DNA from: Mayamaea pseudoterrestris
Lineage: Eukaryota
Length of the DNA stretch: 64,000 bases
Reading direction: 5' to 3'
NCBI GenBank assembly: GCA_027923505.1
Contig: BROI01000004.1
Coordinates: 1,116,001 to 1,180,000, forward strand
The notes below the pieces were generated by a model. It was not told the origin of the DNA, searched no databases, and was given only the letters and a program-made list of their open reading frames with translations. Positions within the stretch are counted from its first letter, which is position 1. The number at the start of each line of letters is the position of its first letter. The position numbers and the translations under genes were made by a program. Below, one piece after another: positions 56,701-64,000 of this stretch.

Positions 56701-59633
56701 AAGTCGGAGACTGGCAAAGCAGTGAGGGATCTCTGTCGGATGTACAATATTCCTCAAGTGACCACAGAACCGGGTCATCCAGAACAAAATCCATGCGAAC
56801 GTCAACGTCGCACATTAAGCCAATGATGGAGAACCTTCAACGAGATTCGGGTTTGCCAGGCCATTGCTGGGTTTTGCTGATTAAATTCGTAATCATGATT
56901 CTGAAAGTCCTTGCGACAAAATCGCTGGGATGGCGCACTCCAACGGAAGTTGTGTTCGGAAATTTGCCGGATATTTCGCCTTTGTTACATTTCAAGTGGT
57001 GGGAAGTTTTCCCTCGGCGGTACGATCTGGCAACAGCCAATTCGTGGGCATCGCAGAGAATAGTGGTCCGCACATGACTTTTCTCGTTCTGACGGATGAC
57101 ACGCTTCAGGCGATTCCGCGCTCCAACGTGGTCTCGCGCAGCTACTTGTTACCCCGAGAGTTGCCTTCCTTCCCTGAGTCTGGAGGGGAGATTTCTGAAG
57201 AAGCAACGAGCGCAAGCGAACGAAGTTTTGAAACTCCAGATCTCGCGACAGGACGCTACCATAGCACGAATGCGACAGAAAGTAGTCACGACAACTACGA
57301 AGGAAACGACAACGAAACAATTCCAATGGCGAACCATGCCAACGTACCAGCAAAGTTCTTCAGAAGGGCTGAGCAAGAATCAGGGAATAAATGCCCTCTG
57401 TTCTCTCCAAGCGAACTCATCAGACGCACGTTCATAAGGGAACACGAAAACGGTCAGAAAATGCGAGCGACTGTATGCGAATATATCGAAGTACGCGATA
57501 ACGAGCTACTCGAAACGACGAAAGGTTTCCTGATCTAGTTGGGAGAGGAACCAGTGAAAGACTTAATAAGTTACAATGAACTGTCGGATTTAATCAAACG
57601 ACAGATGGATGAAGATATACGAAACGATCCGGCGACTCAGTGGGTATTCACAAAAATAATCGGACACGAGCTTAATTTGAAACTGAACGACCCGACATAC
57701 AAGGGAAGTTCAAGTAACGTTCTCGTCGAATGGACTGACGGAACGACGACGTGGGAGCCTCTCGCGATCATGAAGAAGGATGATCCGATAACGATCGCAG
57801 AGTATGGACTCAAGCATGGCTTACTCGACAAGCCAGGATGGAAGCAGCTGGAACATTACACTTGGAAGCGAAAGAAGTTTCGACAGATGGTGACAGCAGC
57901 GAAACGAAAATTGAAAGCAAACGGCGTACGCTACAAATTCGGCGTAAGGTTGCCACGCAATTATAAAGATGCGAAAGCTCTCGACGAGATCAACGGCAAC
58001 ACGCTGTGGACGGATGCGATTCGAACGGAATTAAATCAGATAAATGATTACGATACGTTCGCAGATCAAGGAGTCGGTAAGATTATGCCGGCGCCGTGGA
58101 AACGAATAAACGTGCACATGATATTCGATGTCAAGCATGATTTACGACGGAAGGCACGACTCGTCGCAGGAGGACATTTGACAGAACCGCCAAAGGGTTC
58201 AGTTTACTTGGGCGTTGTGTCATTGCGACGTCAACGAATGGTAGCGATGTTAGCGGAACTCAACGGTCTGGAACTGTGGGCGGCTGACGTCGGCAACGCA
58301 TACTTGGAAGCGAAAACGAAAGAGAAGGTTTATATCGTGGCAGGTCCAGAGTTCGGGGAGCTCGAGGGTCACATGCTCACGATCGTGAAGGCATTATACG
58401 GTCTTCGCACGTCAGGCGCACGCTGGCACGAGCACTTTGCAGACACGCTCCGCGACATTGGTTTCACACCGTGTATCGCAGAACCGGATGTGTGGATGCG
58501 CGATAAAGGCACGCACTACAAATACGTTTGTGTGTATGTCGACAATTTAGCGATAGCAATGAAGAATCCGAAGGAACTAACGGATCTTTTAATTGAGAAC
58601 TACAACTACAAGTTGAAGGGCGTCGGTCCACTGGCATATCATTTGGGCGCAGACGTTTGGCGAGACGACGACGGCGTACTCTGCTTCGGAGCAAAGAAGT
58701 ACGTCACGAGGCTACTAGCAAACTACAAAGAAATGTTCGGCAAAGAACCGCGACTGCAGACAAGTCCACTACGCGACGGCGATCATCCGGAACTCGACAC
58801 AACGAAAGAACTTGACGACGACGGAATTGCAAAGTATCAATCGATAATTGGTGCGCTGCAATGGGCAGTAAGTTTATGTCAATTCGACATTCACTGCGCT
58901 GTCATGACTATGGGGAGATTCCGAGCTGCGCCACGAGCGGGGCACTTGGAACGGTTAAAGCATATTTGCGGATACTTATACTTACGACGATACCCGGATG
59001 GAGCGATTCGATTCAACGTTTCGATTCTAATGGACGAGCAATACGCGACAGTTGACAAGATGTATTGGGATTACAGTGTGTACGGCAAGATCTGCGAAGA
59101 GCTTCCATGGAAGATGCCCACGCCGCGAGGCAAGGCGGTGCAAATGTCAACGTTCGAAGATGCGAACCTGTACCACGATTACACGACGGGGCGGGCAGCT
59201 TGGGCATGCTACACATGTTGAATAGAACAGTCGTCGATTGGTTTTTGAAACGCCAAGCAACGGTTGAGACGGCAACGTACGGATTGGAGTTTGTAGCAGC
59301 GAGAGTGAGCACGGAGCAGATCATGGATCTCCGCTTCACGCTACGCATGTTGGGAGTTCCGCTCGACGGACCTTCATGGATGTTTGGAGACAACAAGTCG
59401 GTAACGCAAAGCAGCAACCTACCGCACTCTAGTCTGACAAAGCGACACAATGCACTGGCATTTCACCGTGTACGCGAAGCGATTGCGGCAGGAATTATTA
59501 ATTTCAACCACATCATGGGAACGACAAACACGGTGGATGTACTTACCAAGTTTCTTCCGCAGGCTACGGCAAGCAAGCACTTAAAGAACCTGCTCTTCAA
59601 GGAATCGAACTATTAGGTATGACTTGAGGGGAG

Positions 59634-59833
59634 TTGCAGGATGCGAACGAAAACAGCGAAAATCGGGCAAGTCACACCAAATGTCCGATAGGGTGACACA
59701 GCGGCACTCGCGGCTCACCACAGCCTCACGATCGCGTGATGCGTGGCAGCGACGGCTTCGAAGCAATTCAACGAGTATATTGCTGAAACTAGTGCGATAT
59801 CGAAAGGTGCAACGATTTGATTTACAAGTTACA
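59634..59833 (+). repeat. 3' LTR (200 bp; lacks the 110 bp at 53586-53695)
   Basis: Follows the PPT directly. By eye, 3 substitutions plus one deletion relative to the 5' LTR. Confidence 0.93.
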
Positions 59834-60499
59834 ACTCGCTTAAACCATTATGACGGTTCAAGAGCACAAGGTCGAGTACTCCTTGGAGAAGCTCTTTGCA
59901 ACTCCCGCGATTCCAGTTGCTCTCAATTCTTTTGATGGAGACAAGATTGGAGTGCATGTGGCTCACCATTTCATGTTCGCTCCGCCCTCGCAACGCGTCA
60001 ACATTGTTTGCCTTCCTCTTTCACAAGGCATCCGCACCGATCACTTTGATTGACGCCAAGACTCTTGAGCTCGTTACCAACAAGAAGAGGCCTATCAACA
60101 CGCCTTTGGCCAAGATTCTGTTCGAATGAAGATCCTGGAGCATCCAGTCCTTGAGGAATTGCTCAAGCTCAATACCAACGCTTTGACACCTCTCGTTTTG
60201 TCTGCTTGCATCCCCATCCCACCACTCGCCATTGAGGCCATTGCCAAGCATGGACCATACAATATTGAAGGCATTCTGTCAGCCTTTATGTCAACCTTGT
60301 CCACTTGGCCCGCTCAGTATGCCTCAGTGGTCTCTACAGTCGACGTGTTCCACAATGCCTTTCCCTTAATAATAATAACTCAATGATTTACTTTGTAGTA
60401 GTTAACTATCTACGAAGCAGCCAATGCGGCTTTATTTTCGCTCCCACCGTCAGTGCAGCCAAAACTACCCGACGAATGGGTTGTGCCCCAAATTGAGAG

Positions 60500-61140
60500 A
60501 CGACATGAGCGGTACATTCATATGGGACAACAGATGTAGGATTTTAGATGAGGATGGAGCAGTACTGGTCGAGTAAGAAGACACCTGGGCAAATTCCAGT
60601 GCCATAGTCGTTCCGAGGACCATCACTAATTGCCATTACCTGGCTGGACATGAGAGAACAATGGAACAGATAACATATAAGGGTGTTTGTTTTGAACATG
60701 CTGATGGAGTGCTCCTATTAATGTTTGGTTATTGGTTGCAGAGAAGGTAGAAAAAGATGTTGCATAAGTGATTGCTGACACCGGACTACCCTCTCAATGG
60801 GTGTTTGTTGTGATCGAAGCTGATGCTCAGTGCGGACCTGATAGAGCCAGGCTTTGATTTGTGTTGGTAGACGCTGTTGGATACGGGGTTTTCTTGGCTT
60901 CATGAGGATGTGCAGACGAGCCCGTGCAAATTCTTCATCAACCTGCCGGCGCAGGTCCAGGACTCAGATGCCAATTTCCCGTTGATGGAGAGTGTCGTTG
61001 CGCTGTCACCACATGTCCCAACATATTTCAAAAAGTTTGAGGATAATTTGAGATAGCCAGTGCCTCCCATTGTGATACGGTTTAGCATTGGAGTGGCGGT
61101 AGTAATGTTCCTGAGCTGCTGCCCATCCAATGGTGACACA
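60500..61140 (-). mobile_element. Degenerate 3' fragment of a second Ambal/L1-like LINE family (left edge approximate)
   Basis: Translation IGWAAAQEH..HWLSQIILKLFEICWDMW*QRNDTLH..IKAWLYQV aligns with the ORF2 C-terminus at 44-44.4 kb (EWMALQQEH..EAWTQRNEDKH..IKAWLRHV). Confidence 0.7.
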
Positions 61141-61179
61141 ATGCAGTTCCAGTTCGTACGGCTGCAACGATTCCTCACC

Positions 61180-62250
61180 CTCTGTAGTTGGTTTCCAAGT
61201 GAGCGGGATGATCAGTCCTTTACCTAGGTTTATCCTACAGGGGTCTTCTCCTACAAAACGCTAGTTGATTAAGCAGTTCTCTAGCAAATTCGTGTTTGGG
61301 CGGTCGACAATTTGAAACGCAATGGGACATGGTTTGAGTAGGGGCCATGCGTCGATGTAGGGTAGGTACTTGGTAAGCGCGTCGGAAGCGTTTTCCTTGC
61401 CGGCAATCTTGACAAACTTGATAATTCTGGCTGCAACACACCAACGGATACAATGGTATGTGAGTGCATTGTGGCGCTTGGTGAGTGTGGATTTAGGCAC
61501 TGTACACTGTGTGATGACTGATTGGTTATCACCGAGTAGCCATGAAGAGAACTTGATGGGAACACCCATTGCCATGAGTGACACGCGTATGCCTAGGATA
61601 TGGTTGGTTGCAACGCGCCCGCTCATGAGTTCAGAGCCAAAGGTCGCGTGTTCGACGGTATCTTGAAGTTTGGCAAACCACGTGAACGGAGTCTGCTGAA
61701 TGAAATGAAGGATTCCAGTGCATGCTTTGCCGGTGACTTTGCAATGCATCAGGTTGGCATCTTTGAGAGTAGTAAGGTGAACTGTCTTGCCCTTTGGTTT
61801 CGGCCAGAGTGAAAGGACCTCTTCCTTGGGGTTGTCGTAGACGGTTTGTTGCCAGTCATAGGTTGGTGAGTCGCCGAAGATGATTTCGTTCTGCGGCCAC
61901 TAGGTGCGAAAGCGGATGGCCGCCTCGGGAGACTTGCGAAGGTAGCCGCATACACGCTTGACTCGGTCGAGGTGTCCAATGCGAGGTGTCCAATGCGAGG
62001 CTGTCCGCGGAAAAATGACAGGCAGGTGGTGGCACTGCAGATGTCGAACCGGCCAAGGGTGAATGCCCACTGAACGGCTCCAACAAAAGATTGGTAGATC
62101 TTGATGTCCGACTCCCCTAAAAGGGACGTCTGGTTGAGTTCCAGGTGATTGTGAGAGTCAAGTGGAGAGCTGTACTTTGGTGGTCATCCGTTGAATGTAC
62201 GCTCGTAGTTGGCTAGAAGCTTGGTGATGTAGGTCTTGATGCTCATTCCG
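61180..62250 (-). mobile_element. Degenerate RT/RNase H fragment of a second Copia family
   Basis: Motifs KTYITKLLANY, YQSFVGAVQW, VEHATFGSE, GDNQSVI and TKRHNALTYH. A 14-bp tandem duplication at 61968-61995 causes a frameshift. Confidence 0.88.
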
Positions 62251-62467
62251 GTGCAGGGGGAAGAAAGCCGCACCGGACAATTGAACACCAAGAAGCACAT
62301 GCACCTACTCGAGACTTTACCTGATACCGCCTTACTACGCTCCGCGCGGCGAAAGCCTCGCGACGTCGATTCTCGTCTCCTCATTCTGTTGCACGAAGTC
62401 AACTGCAGACATCCGAGTCAAGCAGTTCCAGTACTTCATTAGATAGTCTCATAAGCTTCACGCTACC

Positions 62468-63190
62468 ATGGCTGACGCTCCTCCTGTCCCTCACGCCATT
62501 GGGGGCCCCGCCGGCATCTCGACCAACGCCTCGCTCCTCGACTTCTTCGCCTCGCCGACCAACGACGCCCTTCGCGGCAACAGCCGCGCGTGGATCGAGC
62601 AGCTCGACCCACTTGTCCACGACTACGACGGCGCTGACATTCTCGAACGAATCGTCAGCGTGCCTCCGACGCGCGCCGGCGCTTACATCCGTTACCATCG
62701 CACGGAACCAGGCGACACGATCGGGACGATCAAGGTTTACACTGGCTTTCAGCAGTACGTCGCAGGCCTCGTCATGACGCCCCTCGACGGGCGAGTCTAC
62801 GCCACGCTGGGCGACCTCGTCGCCGGCCAAGGGCACTGTGTACGCATCGTGGAACGCGACTTCGACGCCCTACCGAACGAGACGATCCCAACGACCGACG
62901 ACATCGCGTGCGCCTGGTGGGACGACCACGACTGGACCGGCATGCTAGGCAACTGCGTACTCCAAGACCCGGGATTCGTGGATGACGGTTCGGTCGGCGA
63001 CCCGCTTCCGGGACGCGTGGCGCGAGTGCGACGCACGTGCTACTTGCAGCACGAGCTGGTGGAGCTTCTGATGGATCACGACTACGAACCCGCCAAGGCC
63101 TACCGCACCGTGCTATCGCGGCGCGAAGGCTCAACCAAGTTGACAATTATCGCGAACTACTCGACTTTCTCCTTGTCATATCTCTCCGGT
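62468..63190 (+). pseudogene. GC-rich, truncated ORF inside the TE nest, probably the gag-like ORF1 of another retroelement (possibly tyrosine-recombinase type)
   Basis: Strong coding bias; TPLDGRVYATLGDL; frameshift near 63125 (continues YRELLDFLLV). The family assignment is inference. Confidence 0.4.
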
Positions 63191-63719
63191 ACTCGGGTCC
63201 GTTTCGACACCCATCATGTGTGGTCGGAATGTTCTTCATGTTGCCCAACTTCACCATGGCAACGCCTTGCTGAAGTAAGGCATGCCCCAACCTCGCAAGC
63301 ATGGTTACACTGTCAAACGGTCTATTATTACATAGAATCAGTTGGGCGTCCGTTTGGCATGCATAACTGTAGTTTTTAAGCCCAACGCCTCCGGGCGATG
63401 GTTTTGCAACTTAATTAAAGCAAATCTCGCTCACAATCCTGATAGTCTGGTTGGTCCATAACACTACCGAAAGCAACAGTTGCATTTCTAAAGCATCTCC
63501 TTTCATACGGTACTCAGTAGATTGCATCAAGCATTCTTCACTGATTCTGACCCAAGTTAAGCCTTACACGCCAGCGTTTCCCTCAAACAAAAAACGATTC
63601 CTTTTACGTCGGAGACGCCGCCGTTTAAACAAGCCAACAAGCCTTTGATATCAAGCTCCATACCTGCAGAAAGAGCATGTAGAGCACCTACTACTGCTCC
63701 CAAGACACTGAACGCCGGA

Positions 63720-64000
63720 TCCTTTCAGCCCGTCTCCCAAGCGCCCAACCCTGCTCCCAAAGGATGGAAGTCCAGTCCTCTCAGATGAAGCTGACGCCGT
63801 CTCCAAGGTTGGAGGCAAGCCATAGCCCTACACCTCCCCCTTGGCTCCAGCTCCACTCCTCCTGCTCCCCTCAGCTCCAGCTCGGCGCCGATCACGCCTG
63901 CTCCTGCTCCTCCAGCCCCTCCGCGCCTCAACTCCTCCAGCTCCAACGCCTCCTGCCCCCGCCTGCTCCTCCTGCCCCGCCGGCAGGCAGGCCGCCTGAA
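63720..64000 (+). repeat. C-rich Pro/Ala low-complexity repeat (CCTGCTCCT-like units)
   Basis: Repeated ctcctgctcc/ctccagctcc units running to the window end. Confidence 0.7.

Larger units (their letters stand above)
53419..59833 (+). mobile_element. Full-length Ty1/Copia LTR retrotransposon (CoDi-like), inactivated; TSD ACTCG at 53414-53418 and 59834-59838
   Basis: Domain order gag, PR (LIDSGANGG), IN (MDT..SDNA..QNPCE), RT (ADVGNAYL, KALYGL, YVDN), RNH (ETATYG, KRHNALAFHRVRE). Direct-repeat LTRs. PPT GAGGGGAG at 59626-59633. Several stops and frameshifts. Confidence 0.96.
53340..60386 (+). pseudogene. Older degenerate (probably retroelement gag-like) ORF interrupted by the Copia insertion
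   Basis: Removing the Copia and one TSD joins MSSDWLSYY..YNGL|A*TIMTVQEHK..VAHHF in frame, followed by frameshifts through ..IPIPPLAIEA. Confidence 0.5.

Noticed and set aside
1..64000. rRNA, tRNA, CRISPR arrays, telomeric repeats, prokaryotic operons or viral genes
   Set aside because: None recognised by eye. tRNAscan/Infernal were not run, so small RNAs could be missed.

Overview
Eukaryotic nuclear DNA, very likely from a pennate diatom: compact genes, 70-175 nt GT-AG introns, a fused mitochondrial carbamoyl-phosphate synthetase, diatom-type LRR proteins, and CoDi-like Copia and Ambal-like LINE elements. Bases 1-~42 kb are gene-dense: PPWD1 cyclophilin, two paralogous membrane-anchored LRR proteins, phytochelatin synthase, SmG, a RIO3-like kinase, an ELM2-SANT-PHD chromatin protein, an ankyrin protein, N6AMT1/HemK2, an EF-hand Na+/Ca2+ exchanger, mitochondrial CPS, mitochondrial MDH, CRM1/XPO1 and several hypotheticals, with one decayed Copia at 18-20 kb. 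From ~43.8 kb to the end lies a nest of retroelements: a near-intact 9 kb APE-RT-RNaseH LINE, a full-length but mutated Copia with LTRs and TSD inserted into an older element, and further LINE and Copia fragments. The strongest observations are: (1) a 7-bp tandem duplication frameshifting a possibly plastid-targeted phytochelatin synthase; (2) the LINE's ORF1-stop/AUG overlap, with ORF2 split by one extra 5-nt repeat unit; (3) a Copia family with TT...CA termini, no TGG PBS and a chromo-like domain; (4) CpG-decay footprints extending from TEs into host genes; (5) a RIOK3-like kinase with UIM-like motifs; (6) a candidate C/D snoRNA in the SmG intron. I found no rRNA, tRNA or CRISPR, and no single multi-gene novel system that I can firmly support. 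All calls come from reading the sequence; no database searches were run.
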